NCBI GenBank assembly: GCA_044892525.1
Contig: CM097885.1
Location: 44,022,001-44,086,000 of the forward strand
Direction of reading: 5' to 3'
Source of the DNA: Schmidtea polychroa
Lineage: Eukaryota
Length of the DNA stretch: 64,000 bases
The position numbers were made by a program, and so were the translations under genes. The notes below the pieces were generated by a model. It ran no database searches. It worked only from the letters and a program-made list of their open reading frames with translations, and had not been told where the DNA came from. Below, piece by piece: positions 40,415 to 51,773 of this stretch (position 1 is the first letter of the stretch; each line of letters opens with the position of its first letter).

Positions 40415-41539
40415 TCACATCCCCGCCTTTTTCAAAACCTTTAACCACTCAATATTTCTCGTGACGGAACTTCCATTTTCCAATTTTATTTCATAACTTC
40501 GATCATGAATCTTTTTAGTAATCATACCTGGACCCATGTATCTGTTATCACCTTTATTTCGAACATTTACTTTGATCAATATGCAATCTCCAATTTGAAA
40601 TTCGCGATTTGTCGCCTGATTGATTTTTTCTTCTTCCCACCATTCACTATAAATCTTTTCCCCAAACACCATTTCAGCTGGAGTCTTCCTAATAGTTTTT
40701 TGAAAAGTTGAATTCAACATAAACTGAAATTCGGGAAGAATATCTACCCATGATTTATGTCTTTTATCTTTGAGTGTTATCTGTATTGCATCTCTAATTG
40801 TACGGAATTGTCTCTCAATCTGTCCATTTGCTGACTGATGATATGGACTTGAATAATTAATTTCAATATTGTGGAATTCTGCAAAATCTTTCATTAGCTT
40901 TGATTCAAATGATTTACCTCTGTCACAGTTTATTATCCTTGGTGCTCCAAACTTCATTATCCACTCTTCTTTCAGTAATCTTACCACTGTTTTTTCATCT
41001 TGCGATTTCACTGCATGTAAAGAAATAAACTTACTATGATGATCTATAATCCCAAGAATATATCTTTCTCCTTTCATTGCAAGTTGTAATGGACCACAAA
41101 AATCTACATAGATTGTTTCAAATAATTTCGAATCACTTTTGCAAATTATTTCTTCTTTTGTTTTAGTTTTATCAACCTTTCTTTTCTGACAGTTTTCACA
41201 GGATTGTACAACATTACGAATAGATTGCTCCAAATCTTTCATATCAAAATTGTTTGATACATACATTTTTACTTTATTAGCACCCGCGTGACAGAGCTTT
41301 TTATGATATTCTATGATGAATTCAGGCTTGTTTTCTTCTGGAATCCAAATTTTATTATTATTTGTCATAATCACTCCGTTGACATATTTAAAAAATGTTT
41401 TATCTGGCATCAAACTAATATTTTCTTTTATATTTTCAATTTCTTTCGAGTTCTTTTGCCATATATTTTCAATATTATCAGTCATCAGTGTCAACAATCT
41501 TGTTTTTAATTTACCCATTTTAGGATTTTCATGAACCAA
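40415..41539 (-). CDS. Gypsy integrase (HHCC zinc-binding, DDE core, GPY/F-like tail)
   Basis: YHKKLCHAG..CENCQ, IYVDFCGPL, IDHHSK, NCDRGKSF, SPYHQSANGQIER. Confidence 0.9.
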   Translation of the reverse strand: MVHENPKMGKLKTRLLTLMTDNIENIWQKNSKEIENIKENISLMPDKTFFKYVNGVIMTNNNKIWIPEENKPEFIIEYHKKLCHAGANKVKMYVSNNFDMKDLEQSIRNVVQSCENCQKRKVDKTKTKEEIICKSDSKLFETIYVDFCGPLQLAMKGERYILGIIDHHSKFISLHAVKSQDEKTVVRLLKEEWIMKFGAPRIINCDRGKSFESKLMKDFAEFHNIEINYSSPYHQSANGQIERQFRTIRDAIQITLKDKRHKSWVDILPEFQFMLNSTFQKTIRKTPAEMVFGEKIYSEWWEEEKINQATNREFQIGDCILIKVNVRNKGDNRYMGPGMITKKIHDRSYEIKLENGSSVTRNIEWLKVLKKAGM

Positions 41540-42611
41540 ATGGCATTCTGTTAAAGTAATATTGCTTGCTTTTTGTCGAAAATGCTGTTTTCAATTTTGA
41601 TGCATCATCGAGTTCTACTTGATAATAAGCATTGCCTAAATCAATTGTCGAGAAAAACTTTGCTCCGTCAAGAATATCTAATAATTCATCAGTATTTGGA
41701 ATGGGAAAAATCGGTCTTTCGGTTATATTATTTAAAGCACGGTAGTCCAAGCATATTCTTATATCACTACTGTTAGTCTTTTTACCACATACTAATGGAG
41801 AATTCCAAGGAGATGTACATTCTGATATAATGCCATATTTCAACATTTCTTGAATATTTTCTTCAATTTTTTCTATTAAATGTATAGGTTGTCGTCTTGG
41901 GTTTATTACAATCGGACTACCTTTAGTAAGTATTTCATGCTTTAATAGTTCGGTTTTTCCAACATCCCATTTATGTTTCATAAAAATACCGTCAAACGTG
42001 GAAATTAAATTATTTATAATCTTATCTTCACTTATGTGGTTATTAAATGAATTTTCCATAATTGTATTTATTTCGTCTGTACGGTTTTCTATTTGCAATT
42101 GCATTCCAAATCTTTCGAGAAAATCTATACCTCCTATTAACTTTGGGTTTATATCTTTGGCTACAACGAATTCTACTTTTTTAATATCAGACATTTTATC
42201 AACTTTTACATTTAATAAAGTTTTACCGCAAATTTCAATCGGGCTATCATTCGCACATCTTAATTTTAAATTACTTGTAGTCATATTCAAATTTCCAAGT
42301 TTTTTAAAAATATTATAATCAATCACACTTATTTTAGCTCCAGTATCTAATAGGCATACTAATTTTACATTATTAATCATTACGGTAACACTGGGCCTTC
42401 CCTGCATTTTATCGTATACTATTATATCATTCCGTTTATCACGATTAAGAACATTTAGTTCATTAGAAGTTAGGGGTGGGTCTTTAAAGACTTCATCCAT
42501 ACAAAATTTATTAATATATATATTAATATAATTTCTATAATCAAAAACACCATCACAACAGTCATCATTCAAACTATCACAATCATTCAAAATCATACAA
42601 CCCTTACTCAT
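41529..42611 (-). pseudogene. pol: Protease + RT N-terminal half, truncated before YxDD
   Basis: LLDTGAKIS; SPWNSPL; RICLDYRALN; FSTIDLGNAYYQ; ends at FNRMPFG. Confidence 0.9.
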
Positions 42612-42625
42612 ATCATTAATTACCT

Positions 42626-43675
42626 TTAATTTATTGCTCCGATCACCTCCTCATGTGGTGGAGCATTCCCATTTGGGTACTCAAAATCAGCCTCTAGATC
42701 CTCGTCACCGAATGCAGCCACTGACTTATGGAATTTTCGACGTCTGCCTGGAAATAACTCATGGCACTGATGTTTGAAATGTCCAGATCTTTTACAATGG
42801 GCACATTGAATATTAGGGCATTCAGATTCTCTATGACCTTCTTCGTGGCACGCCCAACATCGCAAAATTTGATTTATTCGGACATGATCTCGCGAATGAA
42901 ATTCCCTGGTATTATAAGGTTTACTTCTATTCATAGGTTTCCATCCATTAGAAATAGCATATCGATGTTCTCTGGTAAGATCGCCTTTGAATCTTGGATT
43001 ATGTTGAGGTTCTCTTGTATATTCATCTTTGAATCTGGGATTAGCTTCTCGTTCTCGAATTGATCTGTTATCATAACTATATCTTGGTAAGCTCTTCTTA
43101 ACAGCATCAGCATAGCGTTGTGTTTTATTCATTGCAGCTACATAAGCATGTAATACATTAATTTCTTTTGAAACTTGATCGTGTCTCTTTAATCTTTCTT
43201 TCATTTCATCAAATGATTTTAAATCTTGCATTTTGAGATCTTTTTTAACTTCTTTATCTTCAACCGAATTGAATAGCAAAAATTTCTTTAGTTCTTCTTC
43301 ATCAAGTTTATGCTTCAAAATATTTTTTGCAAGTTTCTCAATTTTTGAGCAGAATTCTTCGGCAGCCTCATTTCCTTGACGATAATTTAGCGCTTCGTTG
43401 AGATCATCGATAAGACTTCTGTTCTTAGCAAAAGCGCTTCTTAATCTTTCTGTATAATGCAGAGTTTCATTAGTCAACTCATATTTCTTCGTTGAATTGA
43501 TTGATAGAAAAGCTTTGACGAATTTGCTTCTGTATTCATCGACAATATTTGTCATCTCGAAGAATCGTTCCGTTTCTAAGATAAAATCTATGTCATATGT
43601 TTCTGGTGGCTTGATAAAATTTGCAATCGTGGTCGCCATATTAGCCACAGAGCTACGGGTATTAATAGAATCCAT
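42626..43675 (-). CDS. gag: Gag with two CCHC knuckles
   Basis: YRQGNEAAEEF; CWACHEEGHRESEC; CAHCKRSGHFKHQC; start at ATG 43675 or 43640. Confidence 0.88.
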   Translation of the reverse strand: MDSINTRSSVANMATTIANFIKPPETYDIDFILETERFFEMTNIVDEYRSKFVKAFLSINSTKKYELTNETLHYTERLRSAFAKNRSLIDDLNEALNYRQGNEAAEEFCSKIEKLAKNILKHKLDEEELKKFLLFNSVEDKEVKKDLKMQDLKSFDEMKERLKRHDQVSKEINVLHAYVAAMNKTQRYADAVKKSLPRYSYDNRSIREREANPRFKDEYTREPQHNPRFKGDLTREHRYAISNGWKPMNRSKPYNTREFHSRDHVRINQILRCWACHEEGHRESECPNIQCAHCKRSGHFKHQCHELFPGRRRKFHKSVAAFGDEDLEADFEYPNGNAPPHEEVIGAIN

Positions 43676-45808
43676 AACTAAAACACGTTTATTATAAAAA
43701 CACAAATATTATTAAAACAAATTATATCGTTAATTTGTTTGAGGAGTTTCTAAAAAATAATAATTAATATATAAGTAAGGATTTCAGCATACAATCAAAC
43801 ATGCACAACATCATACCATTATTTAAATACAAATTACAAAACACCTCACAATCTCGTTTCTTCAATTTTTGTTTCTGGTTTGGTCAGTAGTATCTCCTAC
43901 AGTCTCGCATCACGTGCTTTATTTGCGATGAGGTTTTGAACAATATCTTCTTCTGATCGTCCTGAATTTACAACTTCAGTTAAAGCTTTCCTTAGCCGTA
44001 TCTCAAAAGCTGCAAACCTTTCATCATCTTCCTGTTCCATAGCTACCAATTCTCTGATTTTGTGAGTTATTGATTTTGTAATTGTGAACGTATGTAAGAA
44101 CCACGCTTTGGATTTCACATCTGTTGTTTCTATTTCTCTGATGTTTCCCAACAATGTCGTTGCTTCTGCCACCAATAACACATCGAAAGTGCTTGTCAAT
44201 CGCTGTCCATTTGTAAGCAGCCATTCTTCTATATCCCTGGTCCATTCTTCGGTTTCTTTTAAACCTCGTCCATCATATCGTCTGATGTTCAGTGTGAGGA
44301 TGTCTTGGCATGATTTCTGTAGGCATTCCATTAGTGATTTTGTCGATTTCGAAATGGCGTTGATGTTCTGATTTTTGGCGTGGTCGCCAGTTAAATCCAA
44401 CTTTAAATCCATCTTTAAATCTGACATAAATTTATTATATAACACATTTTTAATTTTTCACAAAAACCGCCAACTCCAATTATTAAGACAACTTAAGATA
44501 TATAACTATAATAATAATAATAATAGTGATAATAGCTTATATTATCATTTAATTGTTTAAAATCATCCCTTAGTAATAATAATAATATTAATTTTTAATT
44601 TTAATTCCTACCATTGATCAGAAATAAAATTTGTGCTAAATATTAATTGACACATTACACCATTTTCAAATTGAATAAGCAGATAATGTATGATACAATG
44701 TATCAGTGATACATATTCAAGTAAAATATTTTAGGTAATTAAGTTATTTGTAAATAAATAAGATGAGACAGTTAAAAATAAACATGTGACAATATGTCCG
44801 GATACATTTATTCCAAAATTGGTACTTTTAAAATAATTTTATATCATTTTGACGAGCACCTTATTACGAAACTGACAATGCAAAAATTTGGAAAATGTTT
44901 AAAAATCAATAATTTCAAAAAATATTTTTGATCAAAAGATGTCTTGGATTCCAACGACATAAAGTACTTTAGAATTGGTCAAGCAGATTACTCAGAATTT
45001 CGAAGACATTGATAGATAAAACTAAACTCATTAATAAAAATTTCAAAATTTTGAAAAATTAAAAATTTAAAAATTTTATTTAGTTTTGTTTATCACGTTA
45101 AAATCGAGTGATAATTTGATATAGATTAAAACAACACTCGGCATATACATAATCGTAAATATAAACTAATAATTAAAGTATTAATTATATAACTTGCACA
45201 ACTACAGAGGGCGGGTCAAAATGGCACGCGGGCATAATGGTATCGGGCAACATTAATGATGTGTTGGGGCAATAATTAACTAACTACATTAAAAAAAATT
45301 TATTATTCTACCACTTAATCCTAGTACCATTTTGTGCTAGAACCTAACGTTTATAAATTAATCAATATATATAACACCCAACACGCAATTATAATTTTTA
45401 AGATAAATCAAGTAACAAGTGTAAAATATATATAAAAAAATTTGTTAAACAAATTGATCATAAAATTATTAGAATTTCGTATAGTATTCATAAACACTGC
45501 ACTTAAAAATCAATAATGCACCTAAAAATCAATAATTCGATTCGACATTTTTCCAGTTTCATCAATAGTCTATTTAAGAATACATACAAGAATAATTTGC
45601 ACCCGATAGCACAATTTTGCATCTCAAATTCAATAAACATGAGAAAGTAATTACAAAAAAAATATAAGATTTCGTTAGAGGAAAAGGTGGCTAAATAACT
45701 CATAGTCATGTCAAACGTTTAAATTTCTCTAATAGCGCGTTCTGTCCACATTTGCATACCTATAACAGATTAAATTTAGAAATAGTACATGTCACTGAAA
45801 TTCTATAG

Positions 45809-46155
45809 CAGTGGTTCTCAACCCGTGTTCCGCGAAAAAATGACATTTTATCTTTAAATTTGCATTTAAGATACATATCATCAAAAACCTCAATTTATTT
45901 TTTATAAGATGATTCAATAAGAAAGCCGTTACACAGATATATAAACATACAATTATATAAAAGTGTTTTTATTGCTTGTTATTGTTGCACGTGGTATTTT
46001 CTTTGCTTATAAGAAGGCATTGTTTACGTTTACGACAGATTTATAGTAATTTGTGATTGGTCACTCATTGTGGGCAAGTATTTTTTTGTCAGTGTTCCGC
46101 GTGAAAAAATCATGTGAATGGTGTTCCGCGCTTTTATATTAATTGAGAACCACTG
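45809..46155. mobile_element. hAT-type MITE
   Basis: TIRs CAGTGGTTCTCAA / TTGAGAACCACTG; TSD TTCTATAG / TTCTATAA (7 of 8 match). Confidence 0.85.
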
Positions 46156-46559
46156 TTCTATAATGTTAGTTGAGTCAATTTCTTACCAAAGATGCACTTG
46201 TGGATCAGTCGAATTTCTATTGCATAATTAATCGCGGTACTGCAACTCTCAAATGACTATAAAATTGGACTGTCTCTGAAATACAATTTGTTAAATCATT
46301 GTTTCCTTTACTGTAGCATATTGTTCACAGGTGAGAAAATTTCTATCAAATCCATATTTTTTCTCGGATAGCTTTGAATTTCTAATTGAAAAATTATAAA
46401 TTCCCTTTCAAATTAAAAAACATCATAAATTTTTTATTATTAAACTCATCAATATTTTAAAAACACAAAAGTCAAAATTTAAACAAATCGAAATTAATAA
46501 TTATGTCACATATAAACAACATATAATTATATAAAAATTCATAAGCATTACAAATAACA

Positions 46560-47477
46560 CTAAATTGTTGTTTCATTAATTGTTCTTATTGGAACTTCAA
46601 TTTTATTATTACAAAATATCTTTTTCCTGAGAAAAGCATTATTTAATGCAAAAATAATAAAATTAGAAAGGGCATTTAGATTGGATAAATTATTAATTGT
46701 GCGACTGATCCCAGAGGTTGGTTTGATTGCCAATATTAAAGAGGGGATTTGTAATAACAAATATACAACACTTGTTTCTAAAGATAAAATCGTAAGTTTA
46801 TTTACTGACTTCATTCTTAGTTTTTCATTTACATTTTTTTGTTTTAAAGAATGCATTCGGTAAATAGACGCTAAGCTTATATATATACTGCAGTTCGATG
46901 CACAGAAAATGACAAGAAATATCATATAATAATACGAAAGGATGTATTTTGGTAGTAAAGTTAACGGGCCTTGATAATTGAGTAAAATTAAAACTCGGTT
47001 TACAACTTCTAGGCTTGTTTGAACTCCAAAACTGTAACCAAGAAAAATTTTTAAAATAGTTTTTTTATTCCATCGATGATTAAAGGGTCTAACTAAGCTC
47101 AGTAATCTATCGACAGCGAGTAAGTTATACATCAACATGTCGGACATATAAATTGAATATTTAATGGATGTCACAATTTCCTTTTCAATTCGGGACAAAT
47201 AATTATCATACAACAGTAATACCGATTCGATAATCATATAAAATGATGATAAAATATCCAAAATGGCAAGAATTTGCATAATTAATTGAAATGTTGTTCT
47301 TTTTCCAAGAATGAGTTTTGTATATTTTCGGTACCAAAACAACAGTAGAACATTTAAACTAAGTCCAGTGGAATTTAACGGGAAATATATTACATAATAA
47401 TACCAAGGTGGAGCAGGTCGTATAAAATTATCAACAAGACACTGAGAAAAATGCGATTCGTTTGTAAAATTATTCAT
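46560..47477 (-). CDS. Single-exon rhodopsin-like 7TM receptor (divergent GPCR/chemoreceptor), 305 aa
   Basis: About seven hydrophobic segments; N-terminal NFT/NES sequons; GLSLN (TM1), LAILD (TM2), LAVDRLLSLVRP (DRY-like), NFIIF (NPxxY-like). Confidence 0.8.
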   Translation of the reverse strand: MNNFTNESHFSQCLVDNFIRPAPPWYYYVIYFPLNSTGLSLNVLLLFWYRKYTKLILGKRTTFQLIMQILAILDILSSFYMIIESVLLLYDNYLSRIEKEIVTSIKYSIYMSDMLMYNLLAVDRLLSLVRPFNHRWNKKTILKIFLGYSFGVQTSLEVVNRVLILLNYQGPLTLLPKYILSYYYMIFLVIFCASNCSIYISLASIYRMHSLKQKNVNEKLRMKSVNKLTILSLETSVVYLLLQIPSLILAIKPTSGISRTINNLSNLNALSNFIIFALNNAFLRKKIFCNNKIEVPIRTINETTI

Positions 47478-48169
47478 TCTTTTTGGAAATGACTAAAATA
47501 ATAACTAATTAAAACAAAATAATATGGAAATTATTTATAATTTTAATAGCTAATCACATTAATTTGATACAAATTTTAAAATGAATTAATTTTATTAGTT
47601 ATCTGTTCACAATATAAGTTTTTAATTTTTCACTTAAATAAAAATAAGAATTAAAAGCAGATTGAAAGAACTCTAATTATGAAAACTTTTTTTAATGAAT
47701 TTAAATGACAAATTAGCAATTTAAAAGAATTTATCATCAATTAGTTCGATTGTTATTATTATTAATTGAAACAATTAAATGATAATTTAAGCCTTTTGCT
47801 TCGAATAATATATTTAAAAGAAATGAAAAATTTTCGACTATAAGATAGACATTTACTTATTATTTAAGTGTTTTAAAATTTAATTAATGCTGCTACCAAG
47901 AAATCATCAATTTATATTATTAATTAAATAAACATAGCAATGATTAAATTATTAGAAAGAACCACCCAATCTTCCGTTTTATGATATATTTTGACAGTTT
48001 CACTATCATTATTAGGAAGTATAGAAAAACTATAAATATAATAAATTATTCAAACAAATTATAAAATTATTATCTTTTCTGTGATCAGAGTTTGAATGTA
48101 AGGATTGTTGCTTATTATGACATCAAAATATCTTTGAACATCATAATTTGAATGGATGGACATGTCATG

Positions 48170-48549
48170 AACTTTTTGAATTTGTCACTTCAGAAATTAA
48201 TTTTTTTCCATAATATATAGTATTAGCAAGAAAGATGGAGTTGCTATCGAATCTCCTTCAACATCAACGATGGCAAAAAAAATAAATTCGCTTTTATCCA
48301 ATTTGAAAACCCCCATTGTTTATAAACAGTATGTGAATGATACTTTTCTTATATTTGAAAATCATACACACGTCAAGAGTTTTTTTGCGTTATATGAATA
48401 GTTAGTATAAAAATAGTAATAAATCTAAAACAGTGATTGAATTGTGTTCGGATCTCGTTTATCAATTTACATGTAATGTGTGTAATGCCACATGCATTGG
48501 AGAGACTTCCCGTTATTTCTGTATTCGAAGTATTGAACACTGTCAACCC
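48170..48549 (+). mobile_element. Penelope-like relic (RT YVDD-like motif and GIY-YIG fragment)
   Basis: YKQYVNDTFLIF; ELCSDLVYQFTCNVCNATCIGETSR nearly identical to 59150-59250. Confidence 0.75.
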
Positions 48550-48666
<117 letters not shown>

Positions 48667-48743
48667 TGTTCATTTTCAAATTCGAAATAACGCATAATCA
48701 TTTTATTTCTGAATAATAACAATTGGTCCGTGTCCATACCAGG

Positions 48744-49091
48744 AGAACAACCTAATGGTCGCATCTCGGTTGATTGGGTAGAAAACTGCTTAATATCCGC
48801 AACAGAACGACTTATTATGTCGCAAGGCATTTCATATCCATGTTTATATCTAAATCGAGCTGCTTCCATTTGTGCCCGACATACTTGAGATCGATAATCA
48901 GGGATCATACCAGTCATAACACCTCCAGTACTTTCAGTAATATTAAACAATCTTGTAGCTGAACTCTTCTCAATCATTTTATCTGGAACCTGTCTTTGTG
49001 TAGCTACTACATCACAATAATTGCATCGAATATCCACCGAAAGCAATCCACCACATAAATTTGATATCATATTGTTTGAATCATAAGCCAT
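48744..49091 (-). pseudogene. PSMA6: Intronless proteasome subunit alpha-1 (PSMA6) fragment within the 3' LTR
   Basis: [54 protein letters not shown]....VADI.Q..TQ..EMRPLGC. Confidence 0.9.
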
Positions 49092-49465
49092 CTTTTCCAA
49101 CTGTTACATTCACAATTTCAAAAATCCATAAAACTTCCAACTCTCCACAACATTCATCCACCTTCAAAAACAAAATCGATAAACAACTCTAAATCTAAAA
49201 ATAAAAATTACAACCTAATTAACAATAAATTCAAATACCTCTTGCTCGCGTCTGTGTGTGCACACAGCCAAAAACAAAGAAAAAAAAGCGCACACAGACG
49301 CGAGACAACTAATAATTTACCATCCTCCCCTCTTGACAACTTAGTGTCAATCTCAAATCCCCATCAGCTTTTCCTTCTTCTATTATACTCCAACATAATT
49401 TGAAGATACATTCCAGTGTCAGTTTATCCCTTTTCCACTTCATTTTCTGCATTTCCCCCGCCATT

Positions 49466-51773
49466 TTATCCCTTCTCCCCTCCATTTCCTGCCTTTTGGC
49501 TCAATCTCCAATAACCCTCACAAACCCATCTTTGTATTATATATGCCGCCGCACCACGCACCTTTTTTGAAAGATCATTGTGGATTCTCCATCCACCAAA
49601 GCCATACTCGGCCAAGCAGCTGTCCCTGTTCAGTTTGTTTAGGTGTAATCTCTCCATTATTCTTTCTCCCTTTTTCGCCAATTCAATATTCCACCCTTTT
49701 CCATGTTGCATTTCATTTAGTGACCAGTTTTCACTTAATGTTTTTATATGCATTCTACAAAGTCGTTCTTTGATTGCTTCGTGTTTCGATTCCCCAATCG
49801 ACCCCTTGTCTTTCATGTGCATCTTTAGAGGCGTGTAAGCGAGTTCCAGTGATCCTTGTTGTTTTAAACTGTTCGATGATTCGTTCAATTTTTCCAAAAC
49901 TTCTTTGGCCCCTTGATCATTATCACGTACAGTTTCCCATGATTTCCCATATACCATACTGGTCTCCTTGTTTTGCCTCTCCCCTTTGGAGTCTTCTGCC
50001 CCTTTTACATTATCCCGTTCTTCTTTTAGTCGATTAACTTCCCCTTCGTCGACCTGCATATCATTAACCGCCGCCTCGGGCGTTAAATCCTCTGATTCTG
50101 GTTTGTCTTTTTCCCAATTACTCATCACTTCCGTTGTCTTCGGTTCCACAATTTTCTCGTCGGATAATTTTATGATCTCATCAGCCCGGCAAGCCTCATC
50201 TTGCTTTTCCCCTGTATTCATTTTTCCTTGACCATTTTGTGTGATTGTCATAACGTTAACTAATTCGTTAGTTCTTCCAGAATTGAATATTTGCCCATCT
50301 AAATGACTCTGAGCTCCTTGCTCTTCATTAGATGCCTTACTCCATTCGAGTGGCGTGTCCTCAATTCCTCGAGATGCCCATAACTCGTCATTGAACATTT
50401 CAGTTACCGCAAAATAACTCTGAACCGTACTCATTGATGCGTTTTCATTTAATAATTCGTTGTGTCTTTGCTTACATCCGGTAACCTTGCAGAAAGATTC
50501 TTTACGACATCCCTTGGCCATGTGATTTCTTTTGAAGCAATTCCTGCACAGTTTCTTTTCTTCGATGACTCTCTTCCTTTCTGAAATTGTGAGTTGCTTA
50601 AACTTGTCACATTGGTCTAGGTAATGTTGACCACCACATTGTACACACTCTGATCTATAGCCGTTAGAGTTATTCACTTTTAACTCTGCCATCTGGTTGC
50701 CCCGTAAAATGCGTCCAACCTCCTGGATTGAAGCTTTCTCTTTCTCTAGACACACCTTCTACTCTTGACCCATCATAAGTCCTGGTGCTTGATTGAGTCC
50801 CATACACGACCTCGTTAGTGGACCTTAGGATCTCCGCTTCTTGTTGTATCCATCTTATCAAATCCTCTATCGTCTCCCGCAATTCCTTTTCTATTTTCTC
50901 TTTCTTCCATTTATACACAAGATCCGTTGTTAACTTGCCCAAACACTTTTGAAAAAGATATCCAGTCTTTAACTCGGATTCTTTCCCAGTGGATTTAAAT
51001 CGCATGGTGACTGTTTCTAATAATCCAACAAATAAGTCTAGATCCTTCAAATCTCCTTCTCGAATTGGCCTGAACTGGTCCATCTCCTCTAACATTGATA
51101 AATATATCCTTTCATCCCCACCATATCGCCTATCCAACTTCTCTTTTGCCATTTGATAAGCCTCTGCCGAATATCCAAGATTTTCAATTAACTTTAATGG
51201 CTCTCCGTGAAGGTACTTGTGCAGGTGAAACATCTTTTCAACCTCATCACCTTCCGCTTCGTCAACACACGCCGTAAAAGCTGCTTTCCATGGTTCGTAC
51301 TCTATCATCTTGCCTTCAAAGACCGGTATTGTAATTTTCTGTAGACTTTCCAGTTTTCTTTTATGCACGGAATTATTCTTCTTGATTGTATCATCATTCA
51401 CCTTTTCCTTCTTTTCCATAAAAGATTGATTTGCTTTTCTCTCCATCAATGCCCCAATTATTTGATGTTTTTCCTCGATCTCCTGCAGGTCTTTATCTAA
51501 GATTGCAGTGATGTCCAATCTTTGCAATTTTTCACTGATCGTTCTTAGATCTCTTAATTCTTCATCTAGACTCTCCTTTAGATCTTCATATTCCTCCAAC
51601 CATTTGCTAACATCCTTATCCTTTATATCATTCAGAATCTTGTTTCTCAATCTCGCTAATTTTCCTTTTTTCATTCTCTTTTTCCACAATTCTTCTTCTA
51701 AAATCTCTTCGTCATTGCCACCGCACAGCCTGAGTGACAAATGAAGTGTCGAACCTACTTGTATCCTATAATC
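49466..51773 (-). pseudogene. gag: Ubiquitin C-terminus fused to BEL/Pao Gag (one frameshift near 50750), followed by a degenerate Pao RNase H-like tail
   Basis: DYRIQVGSTLHLSLRLCGG-NDEE; IPVFEG..EYEPWKAAF, EKMFHL..YL.GEPL, Y..AKEKLDRRYG; CVQCGGQHYLDQC, CRNCFKRNHMAKGC, CKVTGCKQRHNELL; IHNDLSKKVRGAAAY. Confidence 0.85.

Larger units (their letters stand above)
40208..43850 (-). mobile_element. Short-LTR Ty3/Gypsy element with both 212-bp LTRs (40208-40419, 43639-43850), 5-bp TSD ATCTC, tRNA-Arg-type PBS; RT core and RNase H deleted
   Basis: LTRs differ at ~4 positions; PBS TGGCGACCACG; purine tract AAAAAGGCGGGGA before the 3' LTR. Confidence 0.93.
38730..44445 (-). mobile_element. Decayed Ty3/Gypsy element (gag 44445-43856 continuing from 40207; protease ~39503; RT N-terminus to ~38740), host of the nested element
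   Basis: MEQEDDERFAAFEIRL; removing 40208-43855 restores KIEETRSLAKIFE; LWNSGAPVTVM; SPWNAPIVIVGKKDGSIRMCVDYRGLN. Confidence 0.8.
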
